Notes: generated from the sequence alone by a model not told the origin. Shown: positions 24,501-35,301, numbered from the stretch's first letter. The stretch: 64,000 nt of DNA from Yuukianura sp. NJ FZ-2021 (GCA_046563655.1 CM102290.1:2232001-2296000); one strand, 5' to 3'. Program-made: numbers and translations.

Positions 24501-27500
24501 ATTTCTGTTTTCAAAAGTGTTTTTATATAAATATATGGACTACTCATGTTGGAAATTGGTTTTTAGGTGACTATATTCCAAGAGTGCCAGCCTGAATTCC
24601 TACACGACCTCGTTCTCAAGATGAAAGCATATATTTTTACGCCGGGAGATTTGATTTGTCGAAAAGGAGAAGTTGCACGGGAGATGTTTATCATTGCAGA
24701 TGGAATTTTGGAAGTTATTAGGTAAATTTTTTGCATGTTTTAAATTTACAGTTAATTTGTACTTTATTACTAAAAGTATTTTTAAAGTTTGTTAATTCAA
24801 AGCAGATCTTGATTTTAACATTCAAAAATTGTCTGTTACTTTTTTTCTTTTTTAATTTCAGTGAAACTGGCCGAGTTTTAACCACGATGCAAGCAGGCGA
24901 CTTTTTTGGTGAAATTGGGATTCTCAATTTGGATGGACTAAACAAGTACGTACTACAAAAAACAAACTGAAATTTTAAAAATTCCGAAAAATATTTGTTT
25001 TCTTCTTTTGTTTTGTATTTGTAAAATTTTAGACGAACTGCTGATGTCCGGTCAGTGGGCTACTCTGAACTTTTTAGTCTCTCCAGAGAAGACGTGCTGG
25101 CTGCAATGAAAGACTATCCAGAAGCTCAAGTGAGATTTTCAAGATTTTTCTGTTGAGATTTCTGTGTTTTTCTCCAAGTGAAAGCAGTATGTGCTGCCCA
25201 ACAATGCCTTTGGCCAAGTTTTTTTTTTTTCTGAAAAAAACTCTCTCGCTCTTACAGGACATCCTGCAGACCTTGGGTCGGAAGCGGTTGATGGAAGCAA
25301 GGAAGGCGAATGCTCCCGTGAAGAAAACTGAAAAGAAAAGTCCACTGACGTTACTTGGTCAATCCATGGCTAAGGGGCCAGACGACGGAAGTGGAGAACC
25401 TACGGCGGGAAAACGGATCGTAGAGAAGCTAAGAAGTGATGTGAAGGGACTTCGTAATGCCATTCGAAAGAGTCGGAAGAGTAACTCCAGGTACTGAATT
25501 CTCAAGTAGGGATCCATCCAAATTAAATTCAATTTCCAACGAAAACAACAAGGCACCACCTACCAGTCTTTTCTATCGATTTCTAATTATGTTCGCACAA
25601 CACCTACACTTTCACTTTACGAACCCACTTGAGTCCACTTTTCTAGTCCTGAACGCTCCGAAGAACGATATAACCCTGTCCATGTAACGTGTTGACAGGC
25701 CTAACTTACGAAAAGTGTTGACTAGCCTTAACCTTATAAAAGGCTAATCTAGCTTATGATTTGGGGGTTCAGTAACGCACATTTGGAGTAACGGTCAGTG
25801 ACCTCGGTCACTGTCATTACCAGTTCCGATTGACCAGATCGTTGGCTGACGAGTTTTGGTGTTTTACGTTAACTTGACGGCAGGAGTACAGCGGTTGCCC
25901 CATCGCTGCTATTGCGGTAGAAGGAATTTTGAAATGAGCGGATTAAAATGGCAGAAGGCTCCACTTACGGCGCTAGCATTCAAATGAGGCAGAGTCTGTG
26001 GCTGAAGTCCTATTTACTCATTCACGGTGCGTTAGGTTTCCCCAGTGAAAACTTTTGGGTTCGTGTGGACCCTTAAGGGCTGGTAGGCCCATAAAAGCCC
26101 TTGTACAAAAGACCAGAGGAGAACATGCCACTAAAACTTTTGTAAGAAGTGCTAAAGTAGTTCTGGAGGAGAGACATGGTGATAATAGAGCAATTAAATT
26201 GGAATTAACCGCAGAGGAAAGGAGAAAGTCCAGAAGACGCCTACACGTAGTCTACCCTATTTCATAAAGTGTAGCCTTAGCCCAACCATTCAAAATTAAA
26301 CGAACCTTGTTTTTCTAACTCAGCCTAAACATAGTTTGCATATTCTTGGGTTAGGATGGCCTAAATGATGTCTGAGAGTCGCTATTAGACTATGTTATCG
26401 GAGTGAAAGGACTTAAGTACTAGCCAGAGGTTAGAAAATGCGACTTGGGAAATGACGCTTAAATTCAAGATTTTGAATCGTCGAGCTTACTTTGATGTCC
26501 TTGTGTGATGGGGTTCATTTTGAATATTTTGTCAAAGTTAGTTTAGAGAAGTTGGAGAAAGTACATGGAGGGATGAACTGAGGTTTAGTTTATGAAAGGA
26601 ATGAATGCAAAACCACGATAAGCCATAGTTGGTTAGGTCCAGCCTAACATTAACCTACATAACCTAACCAGAAGCACACATCACTGCAGACAGATCTCTA
26701 CTATGCAAATCCCCAACGCCAGAGTAATCCATATTTTGAACGAACTTTCAAAATATAGCGTTCTCTCAGGCTTTAAATTAACTCGGATGTACTTTACTCC
26801 TCTCTACCCCAAATTCATCTGCAGTGGGTGTTAAATGGCACAAAGCTGGGCAGGAGTAGATTATTTACGCCATTTTTTAAATTCCTATGCTCTTGGAAAT
26901 TGAACTCAACAGACTAAAAAAAACTATAACAAAATTTTAAATTATTTTTGAAAATAATTATGAATGATTTTGTGTTTGTTTTAGTAAAGAAGACTCGAGT
27001 GAGCCGGAGTCTGGAAAAGACAAGGTGGACAGTGGATCCCGTCGAAAGGAAAGTACTGTGAGCATGTTGCAGTATCCTGGAAGTGCCTCGATTGTGGGCA
27101 GTATGATTCCAGCGAGTGCTGCTGGACGTGGTGTTCTCAAACGAATGCATAACGTTGTCCTCAGTGACGAAATGGAGAAGGTTGGAATCGGAGGGGACAC
27201 GTCCATGTCCAATTTGTCACCTACGATCCTTCCTAAGCGTGTCCAAATGCAACTTCCGTTTGGGGAAGACTTTTCTGGTGGAAGTCGACCACGATCGGAG
27301 AGTAACACGAGTGGAGATCGTGAAGTCATTGGTGCTGGATTACCACTGATTCAGCGTCTGCGCCTTCTCAAACAAAAAGAAGACAAGGAGAGGGTGGTCC
27401 AAGCACAGTCGCTTCAGCAGCGAAAACCCGATGAGGAGAAACCCGTCCTTTTGTCAAAAACTTCGAACGGCAAAGACTTTGGCGCCATGCCACCTCAAAT

Positions 27501-30500
27501 TCCGCCCATTCCAGAAAAGTCTGCTTTTCACACCACCAAAGTGTCCGTAGAACCGGCTCCAACACAAGACAAGAAAAGGAAACGACTGGGGTCATCAGAG
27601 TCTGGTCAAGGTCAAAGTTTGCTTGTGTCAACGACTCCGCCAATTCAGTCCAGTTTTCGGCCGAAACCTGGGCCAAGAGAATCGGGTGGAACCTCAACCG
27701 AAAGTAGTACGTCTCAGCCAGGTGAACCATGCGAAGTGACTGGCGAAGTAGAAAAACAGAGTGGTGGAGTTCCTAGTCGTGAATCCCGCCCATCCGCTCT
27801 GCGGTTCCAAAAAAAAGATCCCAAAAACTATGGATCGGTTGACGATCTGTCTCCAGAATTTTCAAGACTTCCATTTATAAAAAGATTGCAAATTTTAAAT
27901 GAACGTCAAAAAATTGCCGAACTCTTGACAACCAAAACGAGTACACTGGGCCTTTTAACTCGCAGTACAAGTGAAGGATCCAGTGAAATTCCTCACACTC
28001 TTCCACCAGATCCCGACAGCCTGTACTCCGTAACTCTCGGACGACGAACTCAGTCCAGTACAGAACCCTGCGGACAAGGTCATGGTCAACAGACACAAGA
28101 AACACCACTATTTCCTCTTCCGCTTCCTTCCCCCTCTTCCTCGTCCTCGTCGTCGCCAGAAACGAAACCACCCACACCGGCCATGGTACGAGACTCTCCC
28201 AGCCTTCCAGGAGGACTTGAAGATGAACCGATTCGGATTCGAGCGGTTGCTGGACAAGCTGGAGCGATTTGCCTTAGTACTGGTGAAGGAGGCGGAGCCA
28301 GTGGAGGGGGAGAGGTCGAAATGTCACCACAGGCAAGTCCACCCTACTCGCCAGAATGTAACGAAACTCCTGAAAGACGTCACCTCAAAAGTATTTTAAA
28401 AACATTAGCAAAGAGTCAAAAGGAAATGGCCACTACCGACCCAACGATAAGAATCCGAGAGCCCACACTCTTCTTTGACTTGGACGCTGAAGTCGAAGAG
28501 GCTCAATTGCTCAAAGAACCTACCCTGGCCGGATACGCTGCTCGGCACAGAAAGTTTGCAAAGAATGTTACGTTTCAGCGCCAAGCAGTCACGGTTGTAT
28601 CACCTAATGAAGGAGAACTATACCCGGGAACGGAAACGGAACCGAAGCAGAAACGAACTGAAGGATATGACAAAGAGCTCGCTGAGCCAGAACAGGTATG
28701 ATGTTTTGGGGGAAAAATAAGTCTGAAATTTTCACTTTGAAAATTCTTGAAAATTCCATTTACAAAGGTTACAGTGAAAGCTGATACTGAAATATGAGGG
28801 AAAGTAAGAAAGTTGAAAGGTTTAGAATTGATTAGATAGAGTTGCTTAAATGACTCAAATGATCCGAAACTTTGCTTTTGTTTCTTAACTTTCGAAACAC
28901 TTCAGAGAAACTTCAGCGTCTTCAAGATATCACATTTCACAAAGATTCCAATTTCACTAATTTAAAAAAGAAACGAAAAAGAAAGCTTTAGCTTGGCTAA
29001 ACTTCTTAAAGGTTAGTTTTTTTTAGTTTTCCTACAAAGTTGACAAAGACAAAGTCGTAAATTCCATGGAGACGATTGAAGATGGTGAAACGCTATTTTG
29101 TCTCCTGAAATGAGTTGTATTAGGACGTATAATTGTTTCAACCTAACCGTTAACCCTAACCTAACCTTGTGAAGTGGATCTTGATAGGTTTTAAATTGGA
29201 GCTGACTCTGATTCTGTTCTACAGCTTCACCGCATTCCCCTTCCACTTGAGCTCGTTCTGGGAATGAAGAAGGAAATGGAAGAAAGCGGGAACTTTCCTG
29301 TAGGCCTTCCGCCCGTTTCAACCACACAACTTGGCCACCTCGCAGTTGCTGCTCAAGAAGAATGCATTGGATCAGTCTTCCTCGGAATCAAAACTATCAT
29401 CCAGTCTCGAATGGAGGAGTTCCAGCTTCGGTTCCAGGATCGCTTCTCCAGTCTCGAGAAGGAAGTGAGACAAAGGGACGAAATTATTGCACTTCTCCAG
29501 CACAGAATACAGGAACTGGAAGAGAAAGGGGGTCTTCTTGGTCTTGGAACGCCGGGGCCAGTGACACATCTTCCAGCTCAAGGTCGTCGAATTCTTCCGG
29601 GAAGTCACTTGAGAACCGTCGGAAACGGAACACGACTTAGTTTGCTTGAAAATCATCACGACGCAGACAGTTACGATGAAGATGAAGAAGATGAAACGGA
29701 TGATGGAGGAGGAGGAACAGTCGAACGTAAAGTTCATCGGAGAAGACCCTTTCAACCGCAACAGAGTTCCTTTTTGTTTAGTCGTGGTGACTCAATTGAC
29801 ACGGTGATTGACAATACTGAAGCTTTCGACGATGACGAAGTTTTTATGGAGGCGGAAGATGATTCAAGAAGAGCCACAGTTGCGCTTCAGGCTTCACAAG
29901 TCAATGCTCAGTGGACAGTGGCTGAGAGGGAGTCAATTGAAATGACTGAATTTGGAAGTACTCCAATACCACTTTGGCAGCTGGAATTTCATAGAGAAGC
30001 GTCTGGGCGACCTTCAACACTTGACATTTCCCCTTCTGCCGCAGTAAAAACTGATACAGTGACAGTTGACATTGGAAATACTTCGACAGAGTACGAATCT
30101 ACGTCATCTTCTGAGGAAGAACAGAAAAAAGACAAGTCTTGGACAGCAGTTCCAGAGGCGGCGAGTTCTTCTCGAGTCGTCAAAGAAGTTCCGATTGCTC
30201 ACGACTCTGAAAAATCCGAAGATGATGAAGAGGATGACGACGATGGAAATTTAATGTTGGAAGAATCAACGGATTCAGAGGAATTTGACAATCAAAACTG
30301 GGAAGTTCAAATGTTGGCTAAAGAAATGTCGAGAAGGGAAGAGGAATTGGATATAGGCAAACGTCCACCAGAATCAGCCGAACTCGCTGACCTTGTCGTC
30401 GGAGAAATGTTGGAACTTGACAGTGAAATCCAGGAAATGCGTGATGTTGTCAACTCTGGAACGTTGTCGCCAACGGAGCTGGATATGCTGGAATCTATGC

Positions 30501-31423
30501 TGGAGAGTCGAACAGAACGGGTTCAAGCGCTATTCAAAGCCTACAGCGTCGACGACGCTGGAAGACCAGTTCCAGCATCGTCGTCCACAACCACCCTGGC
30601 TACTGCTTCTTCCGGTCGCAGCATTTGTGACTTCCGTCCTCGAACTTCAGTTCAGTACACTCACTTTCCTTTCAGTGGATTTCAACGAAGAGGTTCAAGC
30701 CGCTCCAACTCTGCTGAAAAGCGTCCCAGGGGACCAGACTATCACGCCGACGGAAGCCGAAGGAAAGCGAACGTTAGGAGGCAGTCCAGCCTTTGTGAAA
30801 CTAGATTTCCAGCGAAACTGAATACTGCGTCGTCATACTTGACCCGAAGACGCGAAAGTGCTGGATCGCTTGGACCTAAACCAGTTGGGCAAGCCTTGGG
30901 AACAGCACCAGTAGTCAGTTCCAGCGTTCCAACCGGAAAATCTTTCTTGTCTCGTTTCAACTTTATGAGAAGTTTGAGCCGTACTTTTTTGTACCGTGCT
31001 GATGTTGGATCTTCGTCCAGTGGAGGTCAAGGGGTCAGTGGAAGTGGGTCTGGAGAGGAAGCCATGCTGGAACAAATGACTTCTCAACGTCTTCCAAACA
31101 TTGATTCCGAGTCACCACCCTATTCCGTATCCAGCCCAATTCCAATTCCAGTATCGACGGCAACAACAGCAAGCGAATCTTCATTTTCCACTAAGCGAAG
31201 CCAACCTCTCCTGCCATCTTCTATAAAAAGTGACCCTGGTCCGTCAAGCCAGCATTCCGGGTCAGCGTCAATATCGGAATCTCCTATTTTTACCATTCCA
31301 ACGTCATCTTCGTCACCACTTGACGATCCAGTGTTATCTCGGACCAAGGAGACCCAGCAGCAGCAACATCACACAAATCGTCCTTCCATGACAGGAGAAA
31401 GTCAACCGCTTCTCAAAAAATAA
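6563..31423 (+). CDS. Cngl: Cyclic nucleotide-gated channel, CNG-like (CNGL) type; multi-exon, start codon not resolved
   Basis: Phase-consistent GT-AG exons: 6563-6771, 9165-9269, (9887-9916 optional), 11500-11647, 16684-16890, 17657-17886, 18027-18335, 21424-21482, 23763-23824, 23953-24041, 24157-24262, 24567-24721, 24862-24945, 25033-25129, 25258-25490, 26985-28695, 29225-31423(stop). The translation shows QRWMKLRTTVQ...REDSFLKRFSTRQ, S1 (FYFYWLFLLTVCVLYNLWTLIVR), QFRTGYLEQG, pore YWSTLTLTTIGDLPTP, S6 (YLIGVFIFATIVGQVG), C-linker, and CNBD (FTPGDLICRKGEVAREMFII; FFGEIGIL...RTADVRSVGYSELF). Confidence 0.9.
9332..9413. repeat. 42-bp direct tandem duplication (2 copies), intronic
   Basis: tttcaaaattttgaatttttgctttccct(t/c)cgttttaccc at 9332 and 9374. 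Confidence 0.85.
9770..9782. promoter_or_regulatory. IR1 nuclear-receptor element (EcRE-like)
   Basis: GGGTCA-T-TGACCT matches the RGKTCA-N-TGAMCY consensus, and a further tgacct follows. Confidence 0.35.
9887..9916 (+). CDS. 30-nt frame-preserving microexon candidate of the CNG-like gene (adds about NHGSLAPPP)
   Basis: A branch-like ctgac and a CT-rich tract ending ctctctctag precede it and donor gtgagt follows. It is phase 2 to phase 2, matching flanking exons 9165-9269 and 11500-11647. Confidence 0.6.
11668..12057. repeat. Diverged tandem duplication of about 190-200 bp, intronic
   Basis: Blocks aaaatctaaaag, ttaagtaacgaatttac, gaaatttaaaactcatat, ccggaaattaaaa, gaatcaaaactaga and ttttttgccaaaa recur in the same order twice. 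Confidence 0.8.
18353..18397 (-). pseudogene. Degenerate tRNA-like 3' half (Cys-GCA-like) or tRNA-derived SINE remnant
   Basis: The minus strand reads gtttactgcaaatgaagagacgcaggttcgaatcccagcgcctct, with a CT-GCA-A anticodon-loop-like segment and B-box GGTTCGAATCCC. No intact 5' half or A-box. Confidence 0.45.
20586..20598. promoter_or_regulatory. Near-consensus IR1 element (EcRE-like)
   Basis: AGGTCA-T-TGACTT, one mismatch from a perfect IR1. Confidence 0.25.
22641..22936. mobile_element. Foldback/MITE-like inverted repeat in a CNG-like gene intron
   Basis: Arms of about 125 bp, including the core gacccacaatatatcaaactttaggaaaagacttgatcta and its exact reverse complement, with a loop of about 45-50 bp. 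Confidence 0.75.
26985..28695 (+). CDS. Cngl: Large penultimate exon of the CNG-like channel C-terminal tail
   Basis: 558-aa ORF 27025-28701. The acceptor ttttag at 26984 (phase 2) matches the donor at 25490, and the donor is CAG|gtatga. Ser/Pro-rich, with motif islands GLPLIQRLRLLK, SVDDLSPEF, SPECNETPERRHLKSILK and YAARHRKFAKNVTF. Confidence 0.85.
29225..31423 (+). CDS. Cngl: Terminal exon of the CNG-like channel (coiled coil plus acidic/Ser-rich tail)
   Basis: 719-aa ORF 29264-31423. The acceptor ttctacag at 29224 is in frame and phase 0, matching the donor at 28695. Heptad-like segment FQDRFSSLEKEVRQRDEIIALLQHRIQELEE. Confidence 0.8.
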   Translation, partial: LHRIPLPLELVLGMKKEMEESGNFPVGLPPVSTTQLGHLAVAAQEECIGSVFLGIKTIIQSRMEEFQLRFQDRFSSLEKEVRQRDEIIALLQHRIQELEEKGGLLGLGTPGPVTHLPAQGRRILPGSHLRTVGNGTRLSLLENHHDADSYDEDEEDETDDGGGGTVERKVHRRRPFQPQQSSFLFSRGDSIDTVIDNTEAFDDDEVFMEAEDDSRRATVALQASQVNAQWTVAERESIEMTEFGSTPIPLWQLEFHREASGRPSTLDISPSAAVKTDTVTVDIGNTSTEYESTSSSEEEQKKDKSWTAVPEAASSSRVVKEVPIAHDSEKSEDDEEDDDDGNLMLEESTDSEEFDNQNWEVQMLAKEMSRREEELDIGKRPPESAELADLVVGEMLELDSEIQEMRDVVNSGTLSPTELDMLESMLESRTERVQALFKAYSVDDAGRPVPASSSTTTLATASSGRSICDFRPRTSVQYTHFPFSGFQRRGSSRSNSAEKRPRGPDYHADGSRRKANVRRQSSLCETRFPAKLNTASSYLTRRRESAGSLGPKPVGQALGTAPVVSSSVPTGKSFLSRFNFMRSLSRTFLYRADVGSSSSGGQGVSGSGSGEEAMLEQMTSQRLPNIDSESPPYSVSSPIPIPVSTATTASESSFSTKRSQPLLPSSIKSDPGPSSQHSGSASISESPIFTIPTSSSSPLDDPVLSRTKETQQQQHHTNRPSMTGESQPLLKK

Positions 31424-32344
31424 ACAGCTCAACATTATGAGATTTAAGAATATTTGAACAAACTACTTCCCAAAGTAACCTCTGACGTTTGTATCTGTCA
31501 AAGCATGTCAAAGGCCAAAGAGAGGCTTGACAATATCTAACCCTGACAAAAAATTCCATTCTTCCTACCACAAACGACGACAAAACCTTCCAATTGTGCG
31601 AGCAAATTAAAAAACTAAAACAAAATTGACTGAAACTAATATTCAAGATGAAGATTTAACAAATGTAGCTCCCGTGTTTTTTAAGAAACGATTTTTTAAA
31701 TAATATCTCCGCTTTTTTCAAAATTTTGACATGGAAGATGAACTAGCCTTAACACGAAGAGGAAAGTCTTCCCCTCTTTGAACAAAGTAAAAAAAAGACT
31801 TGTTCGTTTAAACGTTTCTGGACTTTGTTTAAAACCTGTTTTAAAACGATAGTAAACTTTCTTTTCAAATCATACTAAAACAATAAATCTTTACACTGTT
31901 AGCATATTCAACTTAGAAATTAACTCAAAAGGAAATGATTTTATAGAACTTATACGTTGTTGAAACGGAGAGGTGCCAAAGGTGACCTGTGTACTTTGTC
32001 AAATCTTTTTGTGTGCTTAACCTTTCTGCGCTTGCGCAAATACGTTAATCTAACCCTAACCATAACCTAACGGTATTAATTACTTAAACTAATCGACAGG
32101 CAGTGATATCAGAGCCCCTCAAAAATGTAACAATTTAAGTTAAACAATTTTAAAAAAAAATCAAAGTCCTGTGATGATGCTCCGAACAAAGTTGAAAACA
32201 AAAGGAATTGTAAGCTGTAAACCGTACACAAGTAAAACGCAGTTTAAATTATGTATTTGAATAAATAATTATCTAATTTCAATTATATTTAACAAGAAAT
32301 TTGTGCAGTGGCCACAGTTTAATTTGTACTGTCCTGTCATTATC

Positions 32345-35200
32345 TCTTTCCATTCCCGAGATATGAATTTTTAAAGTTTTTGAAAATTAAAATGAAATTT
32401 TGAAAATTTATATTTCAGGAACGGAAAGCGATAGAGACCTAATCTCTTCGCGAAAAAGTTTCAATAAATATGAAGAATTTTTACAAATTTTAAAAACTCC
32501 AAAATCGAACATCAAGTTTTTCGTCAAATTTTTAAAAAAACCATGGACTATAGTCCATGGATTTTTTCGAAATTTGGCCAAAATCTGAGGGTACCTTTTT
32601 ATATTTTCTAAAAATACTCCATATTTTTGTGAATTCAGGAGTGAAGAGTTTACCTCTCGATCGCTTTCCATTCCCGAGATATGAATTTTTAAAGTTTTTG
32701 AAAATTAAAATAAAATTTTGAAAATTTATATCTCAGGAACGGAAAGCGATAGAGACCTAATCTCTTCGCGAAAAAGTTTCAATAAATATGAAGAATTTTT
32801 ACAAATTTTAAAAACTCCAAAATCGAACATCAAGTTTTTCGTCAAATTTTTAAAAAAACCATGGACTATAGTCCATGGATTTTTTCGAAATTTGGCCAAA
32901 ATCTGAGGGTACCTTTTTATATTTTCTAAAAATACTCCATATTTTTGTGAATTCAGGAGTGAAGAGTTTACCTCTCGATCGCTTTCCATTCCCGAGATAT
33001 GAATTTTTAAAGTTTTTGAAAATTAAAATGAAATTTTGAAAATTTATATCTCAGGAACGGAAAGCGATAGAGACCTAATCTCTTCGCGAAAAAGTTTCAA
33101 TAAATATGAAGAATTTTTACAAATTTTAAAAACTCCAAAATCGAACATCAAGTTTTTCGTCAAATTTTTAAAAAAACCATGGACTATAGTCCATGGATTT
33201 TTTCGAAATTTGGCCAAAATCTGAGGGTACCTTTTTATATTTTCTAAAAATACTCCATATTTTTGTGAATTCAGGAGTGAAGAGTTTACCTCTCGATCGC
33301 TTTCCATTCCCGAGATATGAATTTTTAAAGTTTTTGAAAATTAAAATGAAATTTTGAAAATTTATATCTCAGGAACGGAAAGCGATAGAGACCTAATCTC
33401 TTCGCGAAAAAGTTTCAATAAATATGAAGAATTTTTACAAATTTTAAAAACTCCAAAATCGAACATCAAGTTTTTCGTCAAATTTTGAAAAAAACCATGG
33501 ACTATAGTCCATGGATTTTTTCGAAATTTGGCCAAAATCTGAGGGTACCTTTTTATATTTTCTAAAAATACTCCATATTTTTGTGAATTCAGGAGTGAAG
33601 AGTTTACCTCTCGATCGCTTTCCATTCCCGAGATATGAATTTTTAAAGTTTTTGAAAATTAAAATGAAATTTTGAAAATTTATATCTCAGGAACGGAAAG
33701 CGATAGAGACCTAATCTCTTCGCGAAAAAGTTTCAATAAATATGAAGAATTTTTACAAATTTTAAAAACTCCAAAATCGAACATCAAGTTTTTCGTCAAA
33801 TTTTGAAAAAAACCATGGACTATAGTCCATGGATTTTTTCGAAATTTGGCCAAAATCTGAGGGTACCTTTTTATATTTTCTAAAAATACTCCATATTTTT
33901 GTGAATTCAGGAGTGAAGAGTTTACCTCTCGATCGCTTTCCATTCCCGAGATATGAATTTTTAAAGTTTTTGAAAATTAAAATGAAATTTTGAAAATTTA
34001 TATCTCAGGAACGGAAAGCGATAGAGACCTAATCTCTTCGCGAAAAAGTTTCAATAAATATGAAGAATTTTTACAAATTTTAAAAACTCCAAAATCGAAC
34101 ATCAAGTTTTTCGTCAAATTTTGAAAAAAACCATGGACTATAGTCCATGGATTTTTTCGAAATTTGGCCAAAATCTGAGGGTACCTTTTTATATTTTCTA
34201 AAAATACTCCATATTTTTGTGAATTCAGGAGTGAAGAGTTTACCTCTCGATCGCTTTCCATTCCCGAGATATGAATTTTTAAAGTTTTTGAAAATTAAAA
34301 TGAAATTTTGAAAATTTATATCTCAGGAACGGAAAGCGATAGAGACCTAATCTCTTCGCGAAAAAGTTTCAATAAATATGAAGAATTTTTACAAATTTTA
34401 AAAACTCCAAAATCGAACATCAAGTTTTTCGTCAAATTTTGAAAAAAACCATGGACTATAGTCCATGGATTTTTTCGAAATTTGGCCAAAATCTGAGGGT
34501 ACCTTTTTATATTTTTTAAAAATACTCCATATTTTTGTGAATTCAGGAGTGAAGAGTTTACCTCTCGATCGCTTTCCATTCCCGAGATATGAATTTTTAA
34601 AGTTTTTGAAAATTAAAATGAAATTTTGAAAATTTATATCTCAGGAACGGAAAGCGATAGAGACCTAATCTCTTCGCGAAAAAGTTTCAATAAATATGAA
34701 GAATTTTTACAAATTTTAAAAACTCCAAAATCGAACATCAAGTTTTTCGTCAAATTTTGAAAAAAACCATGGACTATAGTCCATGGATTTTTTCGAAATT
34801 TGGCCAAAATCTGAGGGTACCTTTTTATATTTTCTAAAAATACTCCATATTTTTGTGAATTCAGGAGTGAAGAGTTTACCTCTCGATCGCTTTCCATTCC
34901 CGAGATATGAATTTTTAAAGTTTTTGAAAATTAAAATGAAATTTTGAAAATTTATATCTCAGGAACGGAAAGCGATAGAGACCTAATCTCTTCGCGAAAA
35001 AGTTTCAATAAATATGAAGAATTTTTACAAATTTTAAAAACTCCAAAATCGAACATCAAGTTTTTCGTCAAATTTTGAAAAAAACCATGGACTATAGTCC
35101 ATGGATTTTTTCGAAATTTGGCCAAAATCTGAGGGTACCTTTTTTGAAATTTTGAAAATTTGAAAACAGAAAGCGATAGAGACCTAATCTCTTCGCGAAA
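32345..35200. repeat. 318-bp tandem array, about 9 copies, with two dyad symmetries per monomer
   Basis: Near-identical ORFs recur every 318 bp (32408, 32726, 33044 ... 34634). Each unit has the perfect palindrome ccatggactatagtccatgg. Confidence 0.97.
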
Positions 35201-35295
35201 ATGCGCTAGATTTATGTTCTCTTTAGACCTAAATATGTAGAAAACTGGAAGGAGTCACCAGAAGTTCACTACGTTTGTAAAATTACTCGAAGCTC

Positions 35296-35301
35296 TTTAT
35301 T
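35296..35301 (-). terminator. Candidate polyadenylation signal of UBE3B
   Basis: AATAAA on the minus strand about 420 nt downstream of the stop codon, just before the 318-bp array. Confidence 0.35.

Noticed and set aside
27025..31423. 558-aa and 719-aa ORFs as two independent novel genes
   Set aside because: Both have phase-matched splice sites joining them to the upstream CNBD exons, so they are best read as the channel tail.
32400..34897. Repeated 62-aa and 87-aa ORFs as a tandem gene family
   Set aside because: They are by-products of the 318-bp repeat with no splice signals or recognisable domain, and a single SNP destroys the + strand ORF in later copies.
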